DNA of 24,000 bases from NCBI RefSeq assembly GCF_047160095.1, contig NZ_AP038785.1:1267469-1291468 (forward strand). Reading direction: 5' to 3'. Origin of the DNA: Rodentibacter abscessus (GTDB lineage: Bacteria; Pseudomonadota; Gammaproteobacteria; Enterobacterales; Pasteurellaceae). This document shows positions 10,306 to 18,551 of the stretch, in pieces (position 1 is the stretch's first letter; every line of letters starts with the position of its first letter). The notes under the pieces are model-generated. The model saw only the letters and a program-made list of their open reading frames with translations. It was not told the origin of the DNA and ran no database searches. Position numbers and translations under genes: made by a program.

Positions 10306-10331
10306 TTGTCCAACTTTTGGGGGGCAGATCA
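10306..10331. repeat. IS terminal inverted repeat (orfA-proximal end)
   Basis: ttgtccaacttttggggggcagatca is the partner of 8915..8940. Confidence 0.85.
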
Positions 10332-10364
10332 AATTAACCGCTCTTTTTTATACTCATTGCCTTT

Positions 10365-11903
10365 TTAAGCCTTCACGTCTTGTTCATCACGCAATTGCCG
10401 ATCAAACACGTTCGCACAATCATCTGTGCCTGCGCCGTACCAAGTTGTATCACGCAATGCTACTTCACCTTTGCGATATTTTTCAACCTCACTTTTTTTC
10501 ACCAAATAACCGGTTACACGAATTAAATCGGTATTTTTCAGATACGTGGTGATGTAACGATAGCCTGAAGCAAATGCACCATCAATAATATCGACTACGG
10601 CATCACAGTGATCTACATAAGTTTGATCAAAAGCGAATAAATCCCCTGTGCCGGATGGAAAATATTTATGAAAAGGGGCTGATTGTTTTAAATGAGCCAA
10701 TAGTGTCGGCTCTTCCCCGACACGAATACGGTGTGCCGGTGTATTGCGTTTATCTTCTTCGTGATTACTTGCGCCCACTTGTGCATGTAATAAATAACGA
10801 TTGCCCGTTCGTTCTGCATATAGGCCTTCGTGTGTATCGGTGATTTCTTTTAATTTATCCATGATTGCGGTGGCGATTTCATCTCCACGTTTACTTTTAC
10901 CAAAGGTTTCATTTAAACCTTCACATTCTAATAAGTGATTTGTCGCATCCGCTAATCCGACAATTGCGAACATTCCGGTAAAATTAGTACGCTTGATAAA
11001 ACCTTCTTTTTCTAAGAACGAGCTATCAAAAAAGCAACTTTCTTCCACCACAAATTTATGACGTTTATCCATTGTGGAAAGAGCGCATTTTGCCACTCGT
11101 GGTAACAATGTATTTACCATTTCATCCGTGCTTTTACAGGAGCGGGCAATAGTACCAAGACGCAAACGGGTTAAGGTATAAGCCCCGCCACATTCCGGCA
11201 AAGCGTTGTAACAACTCGCCACGCCGTATTCTTCACCGAGATCGGAAATATAATAGGCATCATTGGCAAAAGAAGGTTTAGACACTAACAAGCAGGCTTT
11301 AGCAGCAAGTTCTGCAAATTCACGGCTCGTTTTAGTTTTATCATACCGAATCGTCATATTCGGGGTTGGAGCTTCCAACTCAATGACTGCACGTAAAATT
11401 AAACGACCTGCTTTCATATCATAAGGACCAATATTGGCGTGGCAGAACGAATCCGGCACTGTTTTATCAATATGATTTAAGAAACGTTTGATTTTTATAT
11501 AATCTTTTTCTTCATCCGTAATAAAGGGCTCAAGCAATACATCAAGGCGACCGATATACACGGGATAAGTCGTAATGGAGGGAACGTGAGAATAAAGAAT
11601 CAATAAACCGTCTAAGACTTCATCAAGATCCTTCGGTGGAGGTAATTCTAAAAATTCACAGCCTTTTTGAATATACACATTGTAATCCGGCAAAATATAG
11701 CGCGGGCGATAAATCGCATAGCCTTCACATAAATCACAAATCATCTGATTTTGCAAAAAGCCCCATTCCTCATCGGTATAACCGAGCAATTCACGGGGAT
11801 CAAATAAGCGTTCCGCAATATTACCTAAAGTCATTAATTTTTGGTGATAAGTCAAATTATCGGCTTTGGCGGTATTGAGAATATCTTGAAGCGTGGCGAG
11901 CAT
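10365..11903 (-). CDS. yjjI: YjjI-family glycyl-radical enzyme (DUF3029), function unknown
   Basis: The N-terminus LATLQDILNTAKADNLTYHQK and overall length resemble recalled E. coli YjjI. The C-terminus carries the glycyl-radical-type motif IRVTGYLV, with the Gly codon at 10509..10511. I prefer the ATG at 11903, preceded by 'gagggaaag', over the listed start at 11969, which abuts the CRP box. Confidence 0.75.
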   Translation of the reverse strand: MLATLQDILNTAKADNLTYHQKLMTLGNIAERLFDPRELLGYTDEEWGFLQNQMICDLCEGYAIYRPRYILPDYNVYIQKGCEFLELPPPKDLDEVLDGLLILYSHVPSITTYPVYIGRLDVLLEPFITDEEKDYIKIKRFLNHIDKTVPDSFCHANIGPYDMKAGRLILRAVIELEAPTPNMTIRYDKTKTSREFAELAAKACLLVSKPSFANDAYYISDLGEEYGVASCYNALPECGGAYTLTRLRLGTIARSCKSTDEMVNTLLPRVAKCALSTMDKRHKFVVEESCFFDSSFLEKEGFIKRTNFTGMFAIVGLADATNHLLECEGLNETFGKSKRGDEIATAIMDKLKEITDTHEGLYAERTGNRYLLHAQVGASNHEEDKRNTPAHRIRVGEEPTLLAHLKQSAPFHKYFPSGTGDLFAFDQTYVDHCDAVVDIIDGAFASGYRYITTYLKNTDLIRVTGYLVKKSEVEKYRKGEVALRDTTWYGAGTDDCANVFDRQLRDEQDVKA

Positions 11904-11968
11904 AAAACTTTCCCTCATAAAATAAGATGGAACATTGTAATGCCCACTTTGATACAAGGCAATTTTCA

Positions 11969-11990
11969 TAATGTGATGTTGATCACATTT
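11969..11990. promoter_or_regulatory. Near-consensus CRP binding site in the divergent yjjI / YczE-like control region
   Basis: taaTGTGAtgttgaTCACAttt has perfect TGTGA-N6-TCACA half-sites (11972..11987) and A/T flanks matching the 22-bp consensus AAATGTGATCTAGATCACATTT. Confidence 0.7.
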
Positions 11991-12095
11991 ATCTAAAATT
12001 TATCTTGTAAATTATGCTCTATAATACCATTAAAGTATTTTGGCTTTACTGTATTTACCCTTATGATAGCGACATCTAACCGAAACAGGTAATTT

Positions 12096-12761
12096 ATGAA
12101 AAAACCACGAGTAATTCCCCATACCGCTTGGGCGGCCGACTCCTTATGGTCGGTTGAAACGAAAACGATAAGCGTGTTGTTATGCGCTTTAGCGATATTG
12201 GGAATCGGCGATGGATTGATCGTATTATCCGATTTCGGTTCATCTCCTTGGACAGTGCTGTCTCAAGGTGTCGCATTACAAAGTGATATGAGTATCGGCT
12301 GGTCATCATTTCTTATCAGTGCGGTTGTAATGATTGCTTGGTTGCCTTTGAAACTACGTTTCGGTTTAGGAACAATCCTGAATATCATTGTCATTGCTCT
12401 TTTTTTAGATCTCACCACAAAAATTTTGCCCGAACCGACCGCACTTCTCTCTCGGATTGGGGTTGGTATCTTTGGGCTTTTTCTATACGGCTTAGGCACG
12501 GCACTTTATCTTACCTGTCAGCTAGGTGCAGGTCCAAGGGATGGGCTTATGGTGGGAATTTGTCAACGCTTTCATTTAAAGGTGGGCGGTGTTCGCACCG
12601 CTATTGAAGTGTTCGTTTGTGTGCTGGGCTTTTTTCTTGGCGGCACGGTGGGAATAGGCACCGTCATTTTTGCCGCCGGAATCGGTTGGATTGTACAAGC
12701 CTGTCTTAAATTAATTGCCCGCTTGCCACATCTTTCTCACGAAAGGAATAATCTCTCCTAA
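12096..12761 (+). CDS. YczE/YitT-like polytopic membrane protein, function unknown
   Basis: 221 aa with about 6 TM segments. It contains GIGDGL...GSSPWTVL and LGAGPRDGLMVG, which I associate with the COG2364/YczE-type family. The RBS is 'acagg'. Confidence 0.7.
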   Translation: MKKPRVIPHTAWAADSLWSVETKTISVLLCALAILGIGDGLIVLSDFGSSPWTVLSQGVALQSDMSIGWSSFLISAVVMIAWLPLKLRFGLGTILNIIVIALFLDLTTKILPEPTALLSRIGVGIFGLFLYGLGTALYLTCQLGAGPRDGLMVGICQRFHLKVGGVRTAIEVFVCVLGFFLGGTVGIGTVIFAAGIGWIVQACLKLIARLPHLSHERNNLS

Positions 12762-13745
12762 AGCATGCCGAATTGAGATAAGCGTTAAATTCATTTGTGT
12801 TTCCTTGCCGGCAGGGGGACAAAAAGCAAGATGTTTATCCGCCTCATTAATCGGTTTCCAACGTCTTGGTTGAGAAGAACGACTATTCGGATAAAACCCA
12901 ATGGTAGGAATATTAAATGCACTGGCTAAATGCAACGGTCCGGTTGAGCCGGCAATGAATAAATCGGCACAAGCAAGCGATCGGGCAAAATCCACCAAGC
13001 CATTATTTTTATCATAAATCACCACTTGCGAATCATTCACTAATTGTGCAAGTTCACCCGCTTTTTCACTTTCTCCCGGGCCTGCAGTTAGCACAATATG
13101 GCAATCAAATTCAGCTAATAAACCTTTGATTAACTCCGCATATTGTTCAAGTGAAAGATTGGTTGCCGAACCGCCAGAACCGCTGTGTACGAAAATCCAT
13201 TTTTTTTCTCTTGAAATCCCCAACATGTCTTGTAGAAAAATACGCTGATTTTCAACCGCACTTTCCGCAAAGGTTAGATAAGGCGGTTTCACTTCAACTA
13301 TCGGCATCGCTTGTTTTGTCAAAAATGCACGAACTAAATCCTGATTATATTCCGCTTCCGATTTTTCCGAACGGGAACGTCTTTGCGTAAGGCGATGATT
13401 ATAAAGAAATTGTACCCATTTCGTCGCAGGCGCAAGACGATATTTAATCCCGCTTTTCCACGCTAATTTCCCATTGTGGGAATTTGAGAAAAAACTGATC
13501 ATTGCATCAAAGTTTTTCGATTTCACCTCATTTACAAGGCGATTAAAATCCGCTTTATCGCCTTTGTGGCTATCAATAATCACATCATCCAGATAAGGGC
13601 AAATTTCTGCCAATGGTGCGGTGTAACGCGGCACAAGTGCGGTCAATTTTAATGAAGGATTCGAGGCTTTCAACATCGCAAACGCCGGCCAAGCCTGTAT
13701 AAAATCACCAAGTTTATCATTGCGAATGACTAAGATTTTTTCCAT
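12711..13745 (-). CDS. Glycosyltransferase family 9 (LPS/LOS heptosyltransferase family)
   Basis: MEKILVIRNDKLGDFIQAWPAFAMLK is the classic GT9 N-terminus, and ...FIAGSTGPLHLASAFNIPTIGFY is the C-terminal nucleotide-sugar domain. The RBS 'ggagga' lies inside the upstream gene. I cannot tell from sequence which heptose or acceptor it uses. Confidence 0.85.
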   Translation of the reverse strand: MEKILVIRNDKLGDFIQAWPAFAMLKASNPSLKLTALVPRYTAPLAEICPYLDDVIIDSHKGDKADFNRLVNEVKSKNFDAMISFFSNSHNGKLAWKSGIKYRLAPATKWVQFLYNHRLTQRRSRSEKSEAEYNQDLVRAFLTKQAMPIVEVKPPYLTFAESAVENQRIFLQDMLGISREKKWIFVHSGSGGSATNLSLEQYAELIKGLLAEFDCHIVLTAGPGESEKAGELAQLVNDSQVVIYDKNNGLVDFARSLACADLFIAGSTGPLHLASAFNIPTIGFYPNSRSSQPRRWKPINEADKHLAFCPPAGKETQMNLTLISIRHALGEIIPFVRKMWQAGN

Positions 13746-14998
13746 GATTGTTCCTCCAAAGGAGATTTCTCCATTTGTTTTAACATGGCATAAAAAACAA
13801 GGGTTAAGAAAAAGTAAAAAAGATTACCTGAATTATGCGTAAAAAAACCTTGGCTTAAACAATAAATCATCACGGAAAGAATATGCACCGTTCCCAATGT
13901 TGCGAGCAATTTTATATCTGAAGACGAACTGTTTAATCGAAGACTAAATTGACGTAACGGCACAAGTAAAATGCCGAGAAAAGCGATAAATCCGACAATA
14001 CCCCGCTTAGACAAATCATCAAGATACTGGTTATGGGCGTGATCAAATTGTCCGATATTGCCTCTTACCGCTTTTACCTTCACATCCTGCTTACGTTTTT
14101 CTGTCGCACCATCTGCGCCCCAGCCAAAAATCGGTTTTTCTTTTATCATCAAAATTGCGCTTTTCCACATATCAAAACGCAGTCCAAGAGACGTATTGGC
14201 ATTGTTCTTTTCATAGTTACTTATATCGGATTGAATGAAAGACAGGCGTTCCATCACCCGGCTATTCGGCATATTCGTTACGCCGGTAATAGCAATAACA
14301 AATACCGTTGCCAGCACAAAGAAAAAACCTTTTGAAAGTGAATGACGATAAATCCACAACACCACGATAAAGATGATAGGTAACGCTACCCACCCTCCTC
14401 GTGCCGTTGAAAGAATACTCCCCAATATGCCAAAGAGCGAAGCAACAATACAAAGTGCGGTCATTTTACGCTGTGATTTTTGCCAGTAATAAAGCCCAAT
14501 CACTAAACTAAATAGCCCGAATGACATTGAAATATCGCCCGCTTGAATATAGATTGTACGCAAACCATAAGCAGCTTGGCTATGCAAAACAAATTTATCG
14601 TAAAGGGCAACCAATCCTGCAATGACAGAGCCTAACGGAATTGCATAAATTAACGCACATAGTTTTAACGGCATTCTTAATAAAAGCATTAAGGCCGGAA
14701 TTAACAACACGGCTCGACTTGGGTTGTCTAATTCCCTACCTCTTCCGTCATTCATCAATAGTGAAAGCAAAAAAACAGCAAAATAAAAAATATAACTATA
14801 AATTAACCATTTATCTTCTTTTGATAAATTCCATTTAAATTTCTTAAATAGCCCGTAAACGCCATAACCGATCCCTAATGCAATCAGAAAAAACGGCGCA
14901 ATATTATGTCCGCCTTTAAATGCCAAAACGGATAAAAAGAAAAAACTGATACTACAATTAACCAGAAACGGAAGAAGATTTTGTTTAGATATTTGCAT
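13730..14998 (-). CDS. O-antigen ligase family (Wzy_C/WaaL-like) polytopic membrane protein
   Basis: About 10-12 TM segments, with a periplasmic-loop motif GWGADG...HAHNQYLDDLSKRGIVG typical of WaaL/O-antigen ligase-like proteins. It overlaps the GT9 gene by 16 nt. Confidence 0.8.
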   Translation of the reverse strand: MQISKQNLLPFLVNCSISFFFLSVLAFKGGHNIAPFFLIALGIGYGVYGLFKKFKWNLSKEDKWLIYSYIFYFAVFLLSLLMNDGRGRELDNPSRAVLLIPALMLLLRMPLKLCALIYAIPLGSVIAGLVALYDKFVLHSQAAYGLRTIYIQAGDISMSFGLFSLVIGLYYWQKSQRKMTALCIVASLFGILGSILSTARGGWVALPIIFIVVLWIYRHSLSKGFFFVLATVFVIAITGVTNMPNSRVMERLSFIQSDISNYEKNNANTSLGLRFDMWKSAILMIKEKPIFGWGADGATEKRKQDVKVKAVRGNIGQFDHAHNQYLDDLSKRGIVGFIAFLGILLVPLRQFSLRLNSSSSDIKLLATLGTVHILSVMIYCLSQGFFTHNSGNLFYFFLTLVFYAMLKQMEKSPLEEQSWKKS

Positions 14999-15014
14999 AA
15001 ATAATCACTCGAAC

Positions 15015-15043
15015 AATAAAAAAACCGCACTCAAAAGTGCGGT
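15015..15043 (-). terminator. Rho-independent terminator of fba built from an inverted USS pair
   Basis: accgcact / agtgcggt forms an 8-bp stem with loop caaa. On the minus strand it is followed by a run of 7 T. Confidence 0.8.
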
Positions 15044-15067
15044 CGTATTTTATGCTATTTTTGTGGA

Positions 15068-16147
15068 TTATAAAACATCAACACAGTTTAAGTCTTCGAA
15101 AGATTGCTCTAGACGTTTGGACATAGATTCTTCCATTTTGCGCAACCAAACACGTGGATCGTAGTATTTTTTGTTCGGCACATCTTCGCCCTCAGGGTTA
15201 CCTAATTGACCTTGAAGATAGGCTTCATTCGCTTTGTAGAAGTTTAAAATACCGTCCCAAGACGCCCATTGTGTATCCGTATCAATGTTCATTTTGATAG
15301 CACCGTAGCTGATTGCTTCGCGAATTTCTTCACGAGAAGAACCTGAACCGCCGTGGAATACGAAATCAATCGATTTGGCCGGAAGGTTACGTTCTTTAGA
15401 AACGAACTCTTGCGATTCTCCTAAGATAGACGGTTTTAATTTTACATTACCCGGTTTGTAAACGCCATGTACGTTACCGAATGCCGCTGCCACAGTGAAG
15501 CGTGGGCTAACAGGATGTAATTGGTCGTAAACATACAATACATCGGAAGGTTGGGTGTATAAGCGGGATTCATCAACATCAGAATTATCTACACCGTCTT
15601 CTTCACCACCGGTAATGCCGATTTCGATCTCAAGGGTCATACCCATTTTGCTCATACGTGCAAGGTATTCACGGCAGATTGCCATATTTTCTTCCATTGG
15701 CTCTTCAGATAAGTCAATCATATGAGAAGAAAACAGCGGTTTACCGGTTTCGGCAAAATGTTTTTCACCGGCATCAAGTAAGCCGTCAATCCACGGAAGT
15801 AATTTTTTTGCTGCGTGGTCAGTGTGAAGAATAACAGGCACACCGTATTCTGCCGCAAGTGCGTGAACGTGTTTCGCACCTGCAATTGCACCTAAAACGT
15901 CCGCACGAGCGCCGGAAGCCGGTTTAATACCCTTACCTGCATAGAAAGATGCGCCACCGTTAGAGAATTGAATGATAACCGGTGCTTTTACACGTGCTGC
16001 GGTTTCTAATACTGCATTTACAGAATCAGAACCGACGCAGTTTACCGCCGGAATTGCAAAATTATGTTCTTTTGCATAAGCGAATACTTTTTGAACATCA
16101 TCACCGGTTAACACGCCCGGTTTTACAATATCTAATAATTTAGCCAT
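15068..16147 (-). CDS. fbaA: Fructose-bisphosphate aldolase, class II
   Basis: 359 aa, colinear with recalled E. coli FbaA (AIPAVNCVGSDSVNAVLETAA, PVILHTDHAAK, FHGGSGS). Confidence 0.96.
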   Translation of the reverse strand: MAKLLDIVKPGVLTGDDVQKVFAYAKEHNFAIPAVNCVGSDSVNAVLETAARVKAPVIIQFSNGGASFYAGKGIKPASGARADVLGAIAGAKHVHALAAEYGVPVILHTDHAAKKLLPWIDGLLDAGEKHFAETGKPLFSSHMIDLSEEPMEENMAICREYLARMSKMGMTLEIEIGITGGEEDGVDNSDVDESRLYTQPSDVLYVYDQLHPVSPRFTVAAAFGNVHGVYKPGNVKLKPSILGESQEFVSKERNLPAKSIDFVFHGGSGSSREEIREAISYGAIKMNIDTDTQWASWDGILNFYKANEAYLQGQLGNPEGEDVPNKKYYDPRVWLRKMEESMSKRLEQSFEDLNCVDVL

Positions 16148-16210
16148 TTTTATGTTTCCTTTTGAAATATTAAAAATTTTTTAGGTATATGGTGTTTAAT
16201 TTCTACAAAA

Positions 16211-17374
16211 TTAGCCTTTTGCACGTTTTTCAAGAATTTCTACCGCAGGTAATACTTTACCTTCTACGAATTCTAAGAATGCACCGCCACCGGTTGAAAT
16301 GTAAGAAATTTTATCCGCAATACCGAACAGATCGATTGCCGCTAAAGTATCACCACCACCGGCAATAGAAAATGCTTCGCTATTTGCAATGGCGTGAGAA
16401 ATAATTTCCGTTCCTTTGCGGAAATTAGGGAACTCAAATACGCCAACCGGACCATTCCATAAAACGGTTTTTGCATTTTTGATAATTTCCGCTAATTGTT
16501 CTGCCGATTTATCACCGATATCGAAGATAGACTCGTCATCTTTTACTTCTGTGACAGATTTTTCGGTTGCCGGCGCATTTTCTGAGAACTCCGTACCAAC
16601 ACGAACATCAACCGGAACCGGAATATCGGTACTTGCCGCTAATTCTTTCGCAACCGGAATCAAGTCTTCTTCGTATAAGGATTTACCTACATTATGACCT
16701 GCTGCAGCAATAAAAGTATTTGCGATACCGCCGCCCACGATAATTTGGTCAGCGATTTTAGAAAGAGAATTTAACACCTCTAATTTTGTTGAAACTTTAG
16801 AACCGCCTACGATTGCCACCATCGGACGAGCCGGTTCTTTTAATGCTTTACCTAATGCGTCTAATTCTGCGGCAAGTAAAGGGCCGGCACAAGCAATCGG
16901 TGCAAATTCCGCCACACCGTAGGTGGAAGCTTGTGCACGGTGAGCCGTACCGAATGCGTCCATCACAAACACATCGCAAAGTGCGGCATATTTTTTACCT
17001 AATTCAGGATCGTTTTTCTTTTCACCTTTATTGACACGAACATTTTCTAAAACAACGATTTCACCTTCTTTTACTTCTACACCGCCAAGATAATCACGTT
17101 CTAAGCGCACAGGAACACCAAGATGTTCATTCAAATAATCAACAACAGGCTGTAAAGAATCTTCAGGCTTAAATTCACCCTCTGTCGGACGACCTAAATG
17201 CGAAGTCACCATCACTTTAGCACCTTTCTCAAGCGCCAATTTTAAAGTAGGAATGGTGGCACGAATACGGGCATCGGAAGTCACTTTACCGTCTTTTACC
17301 GGCACATTAAGATCTGCACGGATAAACACTCGTTTTCCTGCTAAATCCAGGTCGGTCATTTTGATTACTGACAT
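16211..17374 (-). CDS. pgk: Phosphoglycerate kinase
   Basis: 387 aa with [30 protein letters not shown] and [14 protein letters not shown] motifs. The pgk-fba tandem matches many gamma-proteobacteria. Confidence 0.97.
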   Translation of the reverse strand: MSVIKMTDLDLAGKRVFIRADLNVPVKDGKVTSDARIRATIPTLKLALEKGAKVMVTSHLGRPTEGEFKPEDSLQPVVDYLNEHLGVPVRLERDYLGGVEVKEGEIVVLENVRVNKGEKKNDPELGKKYAALCDVFVMDAFGTAHRAQASTYGVAEFAPIACAGPLLAAELDALGKALKEPARPMVAIVGGSKVSTKLEVLNSLSKIADQIIVGGGIANTFIAAAGHNVGKSLYEEDLIPVAKELAASTDIPVPVDVRVGTEFSENAPATEKSVTEVKDDESIFDIGDKSAEQLAEIIKNAKTVLWNGPVGVFEFPNFRKGTEIISHAIANSEAFSIAGGGDTLAAIDLFGIADKISYISTGGGAFLEFVEGKVLPAVEILEKRAKG

Positions 17375-17422
17375 AATCTATCCTCTTTTAGTTAGTTAAA
17401 GTTAAAAATCAAAACCTTGCGT

Positions 17423-17450
17423 ATTATACCTAGATCTCGCTAGGTTGTAA
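17423..17450 (-). promoter_or_regulatory. Candidate sigma70 promoter for pgk (TTACAA-N16-TATAAT)
   Basis: On the minus strand the -35 TTACAA is at 17450..17445 and the -10 TATAAT at 17428..17423, about 50 nt upstream of the pgk ATG. The spacer contains the small palindrome acctag/ctaggt. Confidence 0.45.
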
Positions 17451-17474
17451 CGATTTAGATCAAAGAAATCCTCA

Positions 17475-18197
17475 TTACCTTTGGCAATCAATCACTTGCC
17501 ATTGCTTGTTATAACAGATGAATAATTCATTACGACTTGCGCCAAGATAGGCATTTTTGAGCTGCGGATTATTCTGTTTCATCCAGCGAAATAATTCACT
17601 TCGGCTTAAATTTTCTTTAGGTAAATTCAACGTGTTAAATAACGTTTGCATTTTGGCAAAATATTGTTCGGCAGAGTCAAAGGCACAGCTACCGTGTTTC
17701 TCCCATTCGCCTTGTAATAATTTTGCCCCCGGCGATATGGTTAAATAATGCTCAATCGTTGATTTTGGCAAAGCGGGCAAATCGCCTTGGCAAAAACGCG
17801 GATGATCCGCAACAGAACGGGCTTTCGCATTTTGTGGCCACAAACCATGTACAACCCAGCCAAAAGAGCGATTAATTCCACATTGATATTGAGAGGATGA
17901 GGGAAGCCGATCACCATATTTTTCACGTTGCGAATCACAAAATCCGGGCGACCAAGAAAGTACTAACATATAGTAATCCGCTGCAGCCTTGGCATTTTGA
18001 CCGATAGAATCATCTCGCATACTTACGTCATAATCGGAAAAAATATCGCCATTTTTGACCGCACTTTTACCGGATTGGGAAGAGATCCTCTGTACGATTT
18101 GTTTGGAAGAGGAGGATTTTTGCTCTTCGGTAAAATATTGCCAAATACTTAAAGCAGCCAGAGCAATAATGGAAAGTATCGAAACCTGTTTTTTCAT
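17475..18197 (-). CDS. Ribonuclease T2 family (RNase I-like), secreted or periplasmic
   Basis: N-terminal signal peptide MKKQVSILSIIALAALSIW, plus the two catalytic T2 blocks WVVHGLWPQ and EWEKHGSC. Confidence 0.85.
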   Translation of the reverse strand: MKKQVSILSIIALAALSIWQYFTEEQKSSSSKQIVQRISSQSGKSAVKNGDIFSDYDVSMRDDSIGQNAKAAADYYMLVLSWSPGFCDSQREKYGDRLPSSSQYQCGINRSFGWVVHGLWPQNAKARSVADHPRFCQGDLPALPKSTIEHYLTISPGAKLLQGEWEKHGSCAFDSAEQYFAKMQTLFNTLNLPKENLSRSELFRWMKQNNPQLKNAYLGASRNELFICYNKQWQVIDCQR

Positions 18198-18213
18198 AAA
18201 ATCCGCTTATTTT

Positions 18214-18242
18214 TTGTCAATTTTATATTTGTCGGCTATAAT
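18214..18242 (+). promoter_or_regulatory. Candidate sigma70 promoter for yfhL (TTGTCA-N17-TATAAT)
   Basis: The -35 is at 18214..18219 and the -10 at 18237..18242, about 40 nt upstream of the ATG at 18282. Confidence 0.55.
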
Positions 18243-18272
18243 TCGCCGCTTTCTATTTGTTGATACATTTAA

Positions 18273-18542
<270 letters not shown>

Positions 18543-18551
18543 GGTAATCTT

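Larger units (their letters stand above)
8915..10331 (-). mobile_element. IS3-family insertion sequence (IS150-like organisation), 1417 bp, apparently intact
   Basis: Terminal 26-bp imperfect inverted repeats with TG...CA ends (22/26 match). A 3-bp direct repeat AAT flanks it at 8912..8914 and 10332..10334. It carries orfA and orfB with an A6G frameshift motif, and orfB has a DDE triad context. Confidence 0.9.

Noticed and set aside
11949-11962. FNR-like half-site TTGATacaaGGCAA upstream of the glycyl-radical enzyme gene
   Set aside because: Only one half-site matches TTGAT-N4-ATCAA, and its position relative to the candidate -10 is wrong for FNR class II activation.
11904-11969. 22-codon N-terminal extension of the yjjI-like ORF (similar extensions at 669..695, 2666..2677, 10276..10332 and 20439..20489)
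   Set aside because: In each case an internal ATG has a better RBS and matches the N-terminus of the recalled homologue. The 11969 start would abut the CRP box, and the 10332 start lies outside the IS terminus.
13200-13207. A8/T8 homopolymer inside the GT9 heptosyltransferase gene as a possible phase-variation tract
   Set aside because: It encodes Lys-Lys (REKKW) in an AT-rich genome. Eight bases is short for slipped-strand switching, and Pasteurellaceae LOS phase variation classically uses tetranucleotide repeats, none of which occur in this window.
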